Shown here: one piece after another, positions 1 to 12,840 of the stretch
How positions within the stretch are numbered: position 1 is the stretch's first letter
Layout: every line of letters starts with the position of its first letter
Assembly (NCBI RefSeq): GCF_009914755.1
Contig: NC_060928.1
From: the human T2T-CHM13v2.0 reference genome, Homo sapiens
Reading direction: 5' to 3' (one strand)
Length of the DNA stretch: 64,000 nt
Position numbers and translations under genes: made by a program
The notes under the pieces: model-generated
Told to the model about the DNA's origin: nothing
The model's database searches: none
Seen by the model: only the letters and a program-made list of their open reading frames with translations

Positions 1-26
1 TACACATTGCCACATATAGCCATACA

Positions 27-28
<2 letters not shown>

Positions 29-73
<45 letters not shown>
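29..73. repeat. (AC)n microsatellite, ~22 units
   Basis: Uninterrupted AC run read directly from the sequence. Confidence 0.97.
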
Positions 74-78
<5 letters not shown>

Positions 79-1939
79 CCACTATTAATCTGTAATGATC
101 CGGAGGAATTCTAGGTATAAGAATGTTTGGAATGCCCCTAAGATAATGAATTTTTCATTCATGATCTTTCGTGCCAGGACTGCTGTGACTGCTAAGACAC
201 GCCACACAGTTTCATGGGAAGAAACAGTGCCCCTTTGCCAGAGCCCAGTTAGCAAATTAGTATTATAATTATTATCAGCCATCTTACAACATCCGGCAGC
301 AATCGAGATATCATTTTTTTCTCCTAAACTGCAAGTTAAACGGTGTAATTACATATGGTTCTATGAATTATCTTTTACTGTCAACCTCGATCATCTCCAA
401 ACCTCAAGTTAAATAATTCAAGATTATAAGCTCAAGTAACATAATATATAAAAATTAATGTATTGCTAATTTTAAAGTAGTCCTGACAGAGAGGCTGATG
501 TAAATGAGCTATTTTTACCATGCTTTTTGCCAACTGTACTGTCTGAAGATGCTGGCCAATGTTTGAAAGCTCTTTTAACTCAGAACTCCCTCAGATGTTC
601 TTTTATGATAAGGAATAAAGGAGAAAGCAGAAAAGCTTTGTATCTGTGGTAATGAAAGAAGGTCAGAAGCTATAGCATGTAGATTTTTGGAAAAGAGTCA
701 GAACTTTTTAGAGAGAAAAGATAAAGATTATTAGCAACACTGACCTTGCAATCCACTGTAATCATTCCTAGGCTAAACTGAAGCTTTTGTGGAACAAATA
801 ACATGTTGACCCCCAAAATAACCTCATTATGACTATGAACAATAGTAAAGTACATAGGCAGAAGCCACAAGAGGCTTTGTTTTAAATTATAGCAGCAACA
901 TCAGACTCACATAAACTCTAAGCAGAACCTCCTCCATGTTTTACCTTTTTTGAACATAGGAGGATTGCATATACTGTACTTTTCTTGTTTGCATTATCAC
1001 TATACTGATCATATATTATCATCTTTTGATAGTGACAGGGATGCTATTATTATTATGCAGGAAGAGGAAGAAACCGAGACTGTCCACGGGAAGTGAGACT
1101 ACATAGTCATCCTAGAAATATATTCATGATGAAGAAAAGATGTTATTAAGCATATGTGCCCTCTGGGATTTGAATAGTGGGTTCTAGTTTGTGACACAAT
1201 CTAACAATAAATAAGTTCAACTGGCAAATTTGATTAACATAGAGATTTGTTGCCAGGAAAAAAAAAGTGATCTATTTTCACCCAAGTTTCAGCCACAATG
1301 TTTTAAAAGTTATGTTCAACGGACAGTGATAATATGATCTAACAAGTATCAGAAATGGAGTCTCCTGTATGAATTGCAAGTGTAATAAAACAAGTTGGTG
1401 TAAATATAGGTCTATCAGTAGAAATCTCCTCGGGTGCAGTTTTTGTTTTTAAAGACCTGCAGAACATTGTGGGAATTCCAATAAAATATATGTATGGATC
1501 CCCACACAGAAATTCCAGTATGTTTCTGTTTTGTAGAAGGATATTTAACAATCAGTCTAGAGAATTCAGTAGTCATAATTAATACTATTGACAAATCATT
1601 TAGGAAAAAGGAAATTTCTGTCAAAAATAGTATCAAAATACACATGAACACCAAAGATTAGGCCCAATTTAGTTATTCCTTCAATTGCTACCTTAATTTT
1701 TAAGGCTGCTTTTATGTGAAACTGTGGTATTTCACTAAAATATTCCAAAGTTCGTTTATTCTATCTAAAGGGCAACTAGTAAATACATACATCTACTTTG
1801 AGTTTTAATTGAATAAATTATTTAAAACACCTAAACCCGTCATATCTAGTGGTACAATCTGACTCTGTTTAGACATTCCAAGTCTAAAACTGATCGATAG
1901 GTTTCTGGGATCAATGAAAAGAATACTGAAATAACAACC

Positions 1940-2085
1940 AGGAGGCCTAGCTGGATGGAACTAGTCTTGTGAAACTGTGGGTGAATGGTTAAGTCTCTTT
2001 GAGAGTTAGTTTTCTAACCTATAAGGAGGAAAGTACTGGATTAGATTGTCCCTTAGGTCCTTTCCAGCTCTGACATTGTATACTT
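1940..2085 (+). mobile_element. MIR-family SINE fragment
   Basis: ttaagtctctttgagagttagttttctaacctataa ... gattagattgtcccttaggtcctttccagctctgacatt resembles the MIR core and 3' end. Boundaries are approximate. Confidence 0.6.
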
Positions 2086-3018
2086 TCTGTCCCAGTGATT
2101 CAAACAACCAAAACTGTTTTACTGTTATCTGACCATTAGACTCTAGAAGATGATCCTCTTATCTTGTAAGCATTTATGAGTCAGAAAATGGCTCTCATGA
2201 AAATGCATCAAAAGTTAATTGTATTTAAATGAATACTAGAAAAAAAAGTTTTTTGTTTTGGATTTCCAACCTAGAATGATAATACCTTTCTAAAAGTTTC
2301 CCTCCAAATACCTTCATGTTGGCAATCAGCTGCTCTGAGTGGCATTATCTAAATACTGTGTTTCCGTATGTCACATTTTTTAATTTCACTTTTATATGAG
2401 AAAATAATCAAATTTGGTTCATAAGGATTCAATTTCTGGAGAAATTTGGCGGAAATTTCTATTTTTTTTTTCTTTGCAGAAGCATCTCTGCCAGCTACAA
2501 GTGAGAGTCCATATGTTGTGTGGTATATAAAGAGAAACTGCTCCTGATTTCTTTCACACCTGAACTACTCTATTGCAGATGTTCCAAAGAATGTCTACCT
2601 CAGAAGGAGCTGCAAAATAGATTATAAAATTATCCTGGCATAATTTACTGAAGGAAAAATGGATAGTATTTACTAACATTTTCTCACACCATTACATAGA
2701 AGAAGGCAGCTAGTAACTTTGCTAGATACTAGAGTACCATTTAAAGAAACTGGGTGAACAGAAAGGCTTATTGTCCCTTACTAAAAATGATTTCCACACT
2801 GAATAGTTACACCTGGCTATGTGCTTTCTGAGACCTTGATTTTTCTCTGTTACATTTTTAATTACAGTAGTCGTTTACAATTTATAATATGCAATCATTT
2901 ACAATTATAAATACCTGTAATCTTAGTTTTGCAAGTTGGGTTTCTTGTAAGCATTGTGCCTCCATAGTAATTCCAACATGCTTGTATTATCCACCATCCT
3001 GTAGAGAATGAGAGCCAT

Positions 3019-3330
3019 AGCTGGGCGCAGCAGCTCATGCCTGTAATCCTAGCACTTTGGGAGGCGGAGGCAGGCAGATCACAGAGTCAGGAGTTCGAGA
3101 CCAGCCTGGCCAACATAGTGAAACCTCGTCTCTACTAAAAATACAAAAAAAAAAAAAAATTAGCCAGGCATGGCAGCATGTGCCTGTAATCCCAGCTACT
3201 TGGAAGACTGAGGCAGGAGAGTCGCTTGAATCTGGGAAGCAGAGGTTTCAGTGAGTGAGCTGAGATCGCGCCATTGCACTCCAGCCTGGGTGACAGAGCC
3301 AGACTCCATCTCAAAAAAAAAAAAAAAAAA
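3019..3330 (+). mobile_element. Full-length AluS (Sg-like)
   Basis: Two-arm Alu with A-rich linker and poly(A). 15-bp TSD GAGAATGAGAGCCAT at 3004-3018 and 3332-3346. Confidence 0.95.
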
Positions 3331-5135
3331 TGAGAATGAGAGCCATGTACACAATGAATACAGGTCTCATGACAGAGGCTGTCCATAGCAGGACTGCTTG
3401 CAGGTGCAAGTTCGTATGCACAAAGCATTCAGATTCTACTACTTTAGGATTTCATTCATCTCTAAGTCTCTGAATCAGAAAATTGCCCCAAGAATAGATA
3501 CCCTCCTAGTGTGAACATAAATTTGTATATGTCTTTCCTTCTTAAATAGGCACTCCCTAGATTGAATCCTAATAACTTTATCCAATAAAAAGTCTGTGTA
3601 TAATTAGTTCAAACTGTGAAAACAGTGATGTGGTGGTGTCTGCAATCTAAATCACTCCATAGAATGCTATGTTAACTGTTCTCCCGACAATAAATAATGA
3701 ATGTCGTTTCTAAATATGCCAAATAGAATTAGGTTCTATGTATGCTGTATTGTATATTTTCAAAGCATCTTATTTTAATATCCAGAGAATGCCACGTAAA
3801 ACCTTGAAAGTACTTATCCATGCCTAAAGAAAGACAATAAATATCCATTTTTTCCAAGCTGATTAATCATTCAGTCACATTTGTGATTAAGAAATACAGA
3901 ATAATCCAGGAGATGTCTTAGAGACTTAGAGAGGCCCTTCTGGTGTTTAACTAGAATTTAACATGAAAGTTACATCCTATGACATGATGAAAACACAGTT
4001 CTGTGCATAAGACTATTACAAAGCAATGCTGACACCTACAGAGAATGTATGCAAATATCCAAGTTTAATTGGTATATGCTTTACTGACTGGCATTAATAC
4101 TTTGAATTACAACTACCTCAATATATAAAAACAAGACAAATTAAGTTTGATGTGGTACATTTAAAATGACATTTAATTTGTAATGAAAATGCTCATTTTG
4201 TTATCCTTTCAATAAACTTCACATTGTAACATTATTGTTTGACTGTCAATATTTTAATAGTCAAGGGTGGGGCCTACCTGAACAACTCCATTGCTGTGGA
4301 CCCATCTGCTGATGCAAACTGATGGTATATGTAAAAGAGATAATGAGAAACAAATATGTTTTTTCCTTTCTCTCCTACATTTGTGTAGTATTTCTAGCGA
4401 AGGAGAGTTATTGTCTTCTCACTGGGAGAACTAAGATAGAATTTTCCAGAATAAGTAACTGGAGGCCAAGGAGAAGCACAAACTACCCTTCTCCAACGTT
4501 TCCTCTACTGCCTCTTAATTCAATATTGTAATAGAACTAGTCTTGAGAAACTTAAGGCAGAACATGAATTTGGTCCGAAGAATACTTTTTTGTGTGTAAG
4601 CAAAACTCACTACCCTTTTAATAAGCATTAACTAAAGGAAGGCAAAAATCATATCTTTATTATTTATTGAGTGCCTCGTAATCACATGAAGAAATTAGGC
4701 TGTGACAATGATGAAAAATCAGAGTCCACAGATTGTAATTTAAAGCTAAATATGCTACCAGCAATTCTGTTAGAAAATATCCCACTTATTTGCAATAAAA
4801 ATGCCTAAGAATAACTTTAATCAAGAAAGTTCAGTGACTCTGTGAAAAAAAGTATGAAATTTTGCTGAGAGACAATAAAGCTCACTTAAATGAATACAAG
4901 AAACATGTTCCTGAATAAAAATATTAGAATAGGGATGTTGATTATCTCCTAATTAACTGTAGTTTTATATAATTTAAAAAAAAAAACTCCATGGATGCTT
5001 CAATAGCTTAAACTTGTTAGAAGTTCAGGGAAAAACAGCTAAATGCATTTTTAACAAGAAGATTAAAGAGAGAATAGTGCTAGCAAATAACTGTATACTG
5101 AATAAAATGTATGTTCTATAATATATATGATATAC

Positions 5136-5460
5136 CAGTGGTCCCCAACCTTTTAGGCACCAGAGACAGGTTAATTTTTCCACAGACGGGGTGGAGATGC
5201 TGGTTTCTGGATGAAACTGCTCCACCTAAGATCATCAGGCATTAGTTAGAGTCTCATAAGGAGTGTGCAACCTAGATTCCTCACATGTGCAGTTTGCAAA
5301 ATAGGGTTCGTATCCCTGTGAGAATCGAATACCCCTGCTGATTTGACAGGAGGAGCTCAAGCAGTAATGCTCACTTTTCTCCCCTCACCTCCTGCTGTGC
5401 AGCCAGGTTCCTAACAGGTCACAGACAGGTACTGGTCCACAGCTAGGGGTTTGGGGACCC

Positions 5461-5461
<1 letters not shown>
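5136..5461 (+). mobile_element. MER1B (hAT-Charlie non-autonomous DNA transposon)
   Basis: TIRs CAGTGGTCCCCAACC ... GTTTGGGGACCC, ~330 bp long, typical internal text (gaaactgctccacctaagatcatcaggcattagttagagtctcataaggag). Confidence 0.88.
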
Positions 5462-5859
<398 letters not shown>

Positions 5860-6371
5860 TAAACATATATAATATGAAGCCAAAATGATTAGAACAATGT
5901 AGATCCAGAATTATATGGGCAGGTACTTCCAAAGAACAGGATCTATAGTTGAAAAGTAGACTTTAGTGTCACAAACTATAGTGAAAGGAAGAATATTTAA
6001 TAAGAATGTGTTAGGAAAATTGATTTCCCAGTTTATTAAATTAGGAAAAACACAGAGAATGCAGAAAGCAAAGTGCACATAATATTTGAACTTTAGCAAT
6101 GAACATTTTACTTTCATGAAGTAAAATGAAATCACAAAGTAAAGAGCAATTAAATTGAGATCACAAATGAAAATTTCTGTATGTCGCAAATATGTCACAC
6201 AAATTAAAAAGAAAATAACAAACATGGGGAAAATACTTGCAGTGATTATGTAAGAAGTACAAATCCTTAAGGGAAATCCAAAAAATTCAATTGAAAACTA
6301 GTCAAAGATTATTAAAAAAAAGGTATTTCCAGGAGAACTAATACAAATGTTCAACCAATACAAGAAAACAT

Positions 6372-6544
6372 TGAGCATGGTGGCAGGTGCCGGTAATTCC
6401 AGCTACTTGGGAGGCTGAGGCAGGAGAATCTGTTGAAACCAGAAGGCGGCGGTTGCGGTGAGCCGAGATTGCGTCACTGCACTCCAGGGTGAAAGAGTGA
6501 AACTCCATTTCAAAAAAATAAAATAAAATAAAATTTAAAAATAA
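6372..6544 (+). mobile_element. 5'-truncated Alu (right arm only, Sp/Sq-like)
   Basis: Right monomer plus (TAAAA)n tail. TSD AAGAAAACAT at 6362-6371 and 6545-6554. Confidence 0.88.
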
Positions 6545-7446
6545 AAGAAAACATCGTTCAACATTACTGTTTTTCCCAATATACAATTCTATTCCAGAAA
6601 ACCTGTATCATTAGGTTCGGCAAACATTCACTATATTGTCACAAGCCCATCGTTATTTGCTCTCATGGGCTGTAACTCCTCCTTTTCTGTAATCTCAAAT
6701 CCTCCTATTTTAAATCACATAAAATATCTTGTCCTATGTGGTGCCTTTTTCCAATCCTCACAGACAAATTTTTTTTTACAAAACTTTCTTGTTTCCTATT
6801 ATTACCTTTTTAATTAGATTTACCTCATACCAGCCTATATTTTGCTCCTATGCTAAATGTTTTACTTTGTTTCCTAATTGTAAGTCATTTTTAGCAAAAT
6901 TGGCGACGTTTACATATCCCTGTCTTTAAAAGATGTGTCATGCCCAAAACAAAACAAAACAAAATGAAACAACAACAAAGCAAGACCAAAAGCAAGGGTG
7001 CTGACAGTTTGATTAATGTAAATAAAGACATTCACACATACAAATTCAGTTTTTTATGCTTCTGTAGGAAAAAACCTGTTCCATTCACATGCCCATGAGG
7101 CTTCTGCAAAAGCTGGTTGTATTTTGACTACAAAGAAAATGTGACTATATTCCAAACACACAAAAAATGTGCAAGGCTACCTTATTTGATTACACCACAA
7201 AAATATAATAAAATAAGAATTAATAATAAATTGGTAAAGAAAACTTAAAATTTTAAATGCAGTACTTGGAAGTTAAAAAAATAAGCTCTCTGGAAGATTA
7301 AAAAATAAATATTCTAAATAATTTTGGGCAAATAAAATAAAATTACAATAAAACTACATAGTATCAAAGATCATTGCAATGAGAAAACTAAGTTTTAAAC
7401 CTCATGAAGTATTGCCTGAACTTTTTCCTAAAAAATACTTCATGTG

Positions 7447-7765
7447 GGCCGGGCGCGGTGGCTCATGCCTGTAATCCCAGCACTTTGGGAGGCCGAGGCG
7501 GGTGGATCAAGAGGTCAGGAGTTCAAGACCAGCCTGACCAACATAGTGAAACCCCGTCTCTACTAAAAAAATAAAAAAAATTTAGCCAGGATGGTGGCAG
7601 GCAACTATAGTCCCAGCTCGGGACCTATAGTCCCATTCTCCTGCCTCAGGAGGCTGAGGCAGGAGAATGGCGTGAACCCAGGAGGCAGAGGTTGCAGTGA
7701 GCCAAGTCCGCCACTGCACTCCAGCCTGGGCGACAGAGCGAGACTGTCTCAAAAAAACCCAAAAA
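7447..7765 (+). mobile_element. Full-length Alu (S-type left arm, Y-type right arm) with an internal inverted duplication
   Basis: GGCCGGGCGCGGTGG start. TSD ACTTCATGTG at 7437-7446 and 7766-7775. Extra ~25 nt in the right arm. Confidence 0.95.
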
Positions 7766-7784
7766 ACTTCATGTGGAAGATATA

Positions 7785-8690
7785 GTGGCTTAGCACACTG
7801 AGTATCTCTCAGCTTCCAGTTAGGGGGATTTTTCTGAATGACAGAAACTAGAAGGCTAAAATCTACTTTTCCATGACTTTGTTGCACCTAAATTTTTGGG
7901 TGTGAAATTGATTTGGCTAAGAGATATGTTCTTATGAGTTCCAGAACAACACTGCCCAATTGAAATATAGTGTGAGCCACCTATACAATTTTAAATCTTC
8001 TAGTGGTCACATTACAAAAGGCAAAAAGAAAACAGCCAAAATTAAAAATTAATTTTAAGAATGCATTTTATTTTACCCAATATATTTAATATTGAATACA
8101 TTTCAAAATATTTTCATTTCATTATGTCATCAAGATTTAAAAATTGGAATATTTTACCTTCTTTCTTTCTTTTTCCCCATTATGTCTTTGAAATCTTGTG
8201 GTATTTTAAACTTAGAGCATGTCTCCATTTGGATTAGTCCTATTTCCAGTACTCAGTAGCCACATGTGATTAGTGGCTGCTGTGTTGGGCAGCAGAGGTC
8301 TAGAAGATGAAAGTCAAGGAGGCGTTTTCCTGGTGCTGAGGCAGTTTCTCAGGGTAGAAACTATTTCTGCAGCAGTTCTCTAGAGTTCCTTCAGAGGAAG
8401 ATGTGATGGTAATAACATCTTCCTGATTTTCTGCATCAAAGCTAAAGGGGTGTGTTCTTGAAGTCAACCTTTCCAGTGATAGCTTAATTCTTCCTTCTCT
8501 GAGTCTATCCAATGGGTGCCTCCCTCGGCAGGCCAGGTTTGTGATCTTATTCTGGGGTCGTTCTTGAATTAGAATCAAGCCTGTTTCTCCAGGCCTTCCA
8601 AGATCTTTCTAAGCATACAATTCCATCAGATTTCCTTCTGCTTAAAATAGAACAGTTTTTGCTTCCTGCAACTGAACTCCAAATGTATAC
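7785..8690 (+). mobile_element. Old ERVL-type LTR (LTR33-like) split by MER33
   Basis: 3' end atttccttctgcttaaaatag...ttttgcttcctgcaactgaac resembles LTR33/LTR16 termini. Degenerate. Confidence 0.4.
7947..8297 (+). mobile_element. MER33 (hAT-Charlie MITE)
   Basis: caacactgcccaattgaaatatagtgtgagccac ... tagccacatgtgattagtggctgctgtgttgggcagcag. TIR-like ends, ~350 bp. Confidence 0.8.
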
Positions 8691-10732
8691 TACATCATCA
8701 TAAATCTGCTCATTCCTGAAGAAATGGAAATAAATGAACTGGAGACTTAAGATGTTAACAATTTTCAATAAAATGAACATGAAATTAAAAAGAATTAACA
8801 AAGAAATAGATAAATTAACTAGAAAAAGAACATGTTTTGACTAGTTTAATAAAGTAAAATACGAAATTTATAAAACTGGGAACAAAAAAGGCATGAGATG
8901 TACCAAAACAGAGAAATGATAAAACACTGTACACATAAGTATTTACAAATTTGAAAACATTGACAAAACAAATGAAATGGGGTCCATACTTTTCTAAGAA
9001 AAATAAAATTTTCAAATTTGATTCAAGACATGGGGAAAACCTAAATATCCATGAAAGAACCAAGCATCTCAGATGACAAAGCATCATCTTTCTAAAAAAG
9101 AACTTCCACTGGTGGAAAAATCACTCTTCTTAATCCCTGTACAAAATGAAACAATCTGAAAAAATTAAAAAAATAGTCATCTGAGATAAGTCTTCAAATT
9201 GTTTAGATTCCATATTGCTAGCCCTAACTCTTAGTACACTTAGCACTCAGAAATATTTATCAAAGGTAGCAAATAAAACCATAATTTTAAGTGATAAAAA
9301 ATATGATCCAAACAATCAAAAAAAGGCTGAATATTTTATTTTTCTTGTAGCAGTTTAACACTTATGAGCAAACACTCTTTGACAGGTTAATAGAAGCAAA
9401 ATATTTTCTCCAACATTGCCAAATTGAGTGCACCTTTCAGTTTAGCTAATCAACAAAGTAGATGATAAAATTACTCTAGAAGGGAGATTGGATATCTAGC
9501 ATTTGATTTATGTAGCATAATGTTTACAAACTATTCTTTAATTATGAAGGAAGTAATAGAGAGAGCCTATTCTACCTAGTGTTGTGTTCATGAAAGAACG
9601 AATTAAAACAGACATAGAAAACATCAAACTTAAAACATACTTTTCCTTTTACTCTTCATTTTATGGTGGTGAAGCCATTTTGGATTTCCATGGCAGTCAA
9701 ATAATCAGCTAGTAGGTGACTATTTCTATGTTATAAAAGTGTACTTTTCTTTAGGTCAGAAACCATGTCCTTTTTATTTTATTCCTTGGAGTACACAGCA
9801 AAGTGCTGGTTGACTTGAGTTGGAAATAAAGTAAAACTGAATTTACTTCACAGTATTGGTTTACTTTATGGGTCAGTTTCTTCATAGAGCAGTAAAATAA
9901 CTACAGGAACAAATTATGCCATATAATCTTTGAATAGCATTAAACTTGTTATCAATTTCTCTCTGCATCATAGAGAGCTTGCAAGTGACCAGTTCTGTTT
10001 CAGGCATAAGATGACTTAATAAACATGAGAAATAGAGAATATAATGCCATTGCTCAGTTGTCCCTCATCAATCATATAAAAGAAAGTATCTTTATCCATC
10101 TCCTTTTGCATGTGGAGACATAGCTAAGTAATGCTGCTCCCTATGGCAGGCTGCATTGAGTCTCAAATAGTTTCGAATATTCACATATATTATAAAGAAC
10201 TTGTGATGAATGAAGACTCAGTCATCTAGCTCAGATCCTGACTCATAAACTTAAAGGAAAAAGTGGAGCCTAAAACCAAAGAACATGAAAATAGCTAAGA
10301 TTTTTATTGGCTACCTGCCACTCTTGCAGATCTACAAGGTATTAACAGGATTTCAATCATTTTAGAAATGAGAGAGTTGAACAAGATCATTTTAATTGCT
10401 ATGATTCTGATGATCCATGATAAAAAAATTATTAAAAGAGTCAAATAACTAATGTTTTTAAATTTAATACAACTTTTGATTCTATGTCCCCTCATCATAT
10501 ATATTGTAGTTTAGTTGAATTATATTGGGTGATTAATTGAAATTATTTTCAAAATTACTAATTACAAAATTGGAAACTAGCTCAGTACTGCCAAATATTA
10601 TAAAGAAAACAAATGCAAACCTCTAGTGTTTCTTACAATATTCTTATTTAGTTTAAAAATGAATTTTAAAAAAGTTTAGAATGGTAGAGCCAAAAGAATA
10701 TCTCTAGAACTATTTAAACTAAATTCCTTACC

Positions 10733-10832
10733 AAAAAAAAAAAACAAAAAAACTAAAAAAGAAAGGAAAGAAGGAAGGGAGGGAAAGATGAAGAAAGGGA
10801 GAAAGGGAGAAAAAAAAAGAAAGAAGAAAGAC
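10733..10832. repeat. A/G-rich low-complexity (polypurine) tract
   Basis: Read directly from the sequence. Confidence 0.85.
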
Positions 10833-11835
10833 AATCAAAGCACGCAAGTCACAATATGGCCCAATTTAATCGATAAATTTTGTATTCTATTGATTGACTA
10901 AATGATAAAATATTTTGTCATTATATTGGTAGAGTTTATCTAATAGAATCTTTAGGACATAATGAGATCCCCATGCTCAAATCCCCTATACTGAAATCTA
11001 AGCAAAATTACATTTCCAGTAATAACTACATACCTACATACATACACGTATCTATTTTTACTTAGTTATATAATTATATCAGAACATTATAAATATATTG
11101 TGTCATATGTGTGAGTATAAAATATTACTGCTGTGTATAAATATCTATAGGAATGTTTCCCAAAAAGTAATCACTGGAACAGAAATTTTAAGAGATTGTC
11201 AAAAAGTTTGAGATAGTTAAATACATTTGATATATATAATACATATTAAATATAAAATATATATCCTATGTATATTAAATATATATAGCTTACAAATTTC
11301 CAGGACAAGGTTTATTTGACTAAGAAATCTTACCTTTTTTCTGGAAAAAATCTTTGAACTCATGTTTTTGGAACACTGTTAAATGTGATAGCACTAAAGA
11401 ATAGGTATGAAGTGTTCCAGTTTTTCTAAGTGAAGATAACATTTATAATTTCCATAGCAACTGTAGTTCGGAAACATTGAAAAACTATTTTTAAGTGTTT
11501 AAGTGTAAAATCCATTTTCAATGAGTATTATTTATACCAAATGTCCTAGTGCACACAATGCATTAATATGTTCACTGTTATTAACAACAAAAAAGTGAAA
11601 ATGCAGAAAGTTGAAAGTCTAGGTAAATTTGGGGAAAAATATATGATTAGTATCCAAGGTATATTTTCCACATTTATCTTACAGATTAAGTGAGGCTAAA
11701 ATAAGGCTGAAAAGGATGAACAGAATTTACAGAGCATCAAAGAAGGCAGAAAGGTACTTGCTGCCACTTGTTTCATTCTCCCTCATTCTCCTTAGTCTCT
11801 ATTTAGGTCCAAGTCATGTAGCATCTGCTATATAA

Positions 11836-12188
<353 letters not shown>

Positions 12189-12778
12189 GACAATGATCAT
12201 TTTTCGTAGAACATATAGAATTCTTCGTTTGTTCCTCGTGTCAGGTATTTATCACATTCTGTGAAGTTATAACTGTTGTCCACCCATTAGATTGTATGTT
12301 CAGTTTGGGTGCTGGTCATGTGTTATTTATCTTTCTGTGCCTATATTTTATTGTTAATAAATACACGTTGCCTTTAAGCAACTAAGCATCTTTATAAAAG
12401 TTATAGCTATTGCAAGGAAACTTTTCAGAATGAGCAGTATATCAGGTACTCTGCTATACATGCTTTGGGAGTTAAAGTCAGGACAGTCTCATTTAACCTT
12501 ATGTACTTATTTTGTATTGAAATCCGCTTGTTTTGTATCTTATTTTCAGTGAATAATACTATGCTTTTAGGATTAACCAAAAATATTGTATAATTGAACC
12601 ATTCTAAAATTTGAGCATATAATTTGTAAAAATGTTTACTGAAAAACATATGTGAGATAACAGTCTACTTTTGCTTATTTGTAATATATAGTTGAGACAC
12701 ATTTTTTTTACCCTTAAGACTTACTTCATATTTTCATTGGACTTTTCACGCTTTTTTATTTTTACTAACTTTAGAGTA

Positions 12779-12840
12779 GTAATTGAAAGTACTGAAATAA
12801 TAATTGAAGGTACTGAAATAGTAATTGAAGGACTGAAATA
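12779..12840. repeat. ~21-bp minisatellite, 3 copies (RTAATTGAARG(T)ACTGAAATA)
   Basis: Three near-identical adjacent copies. Confidence 0.9.
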
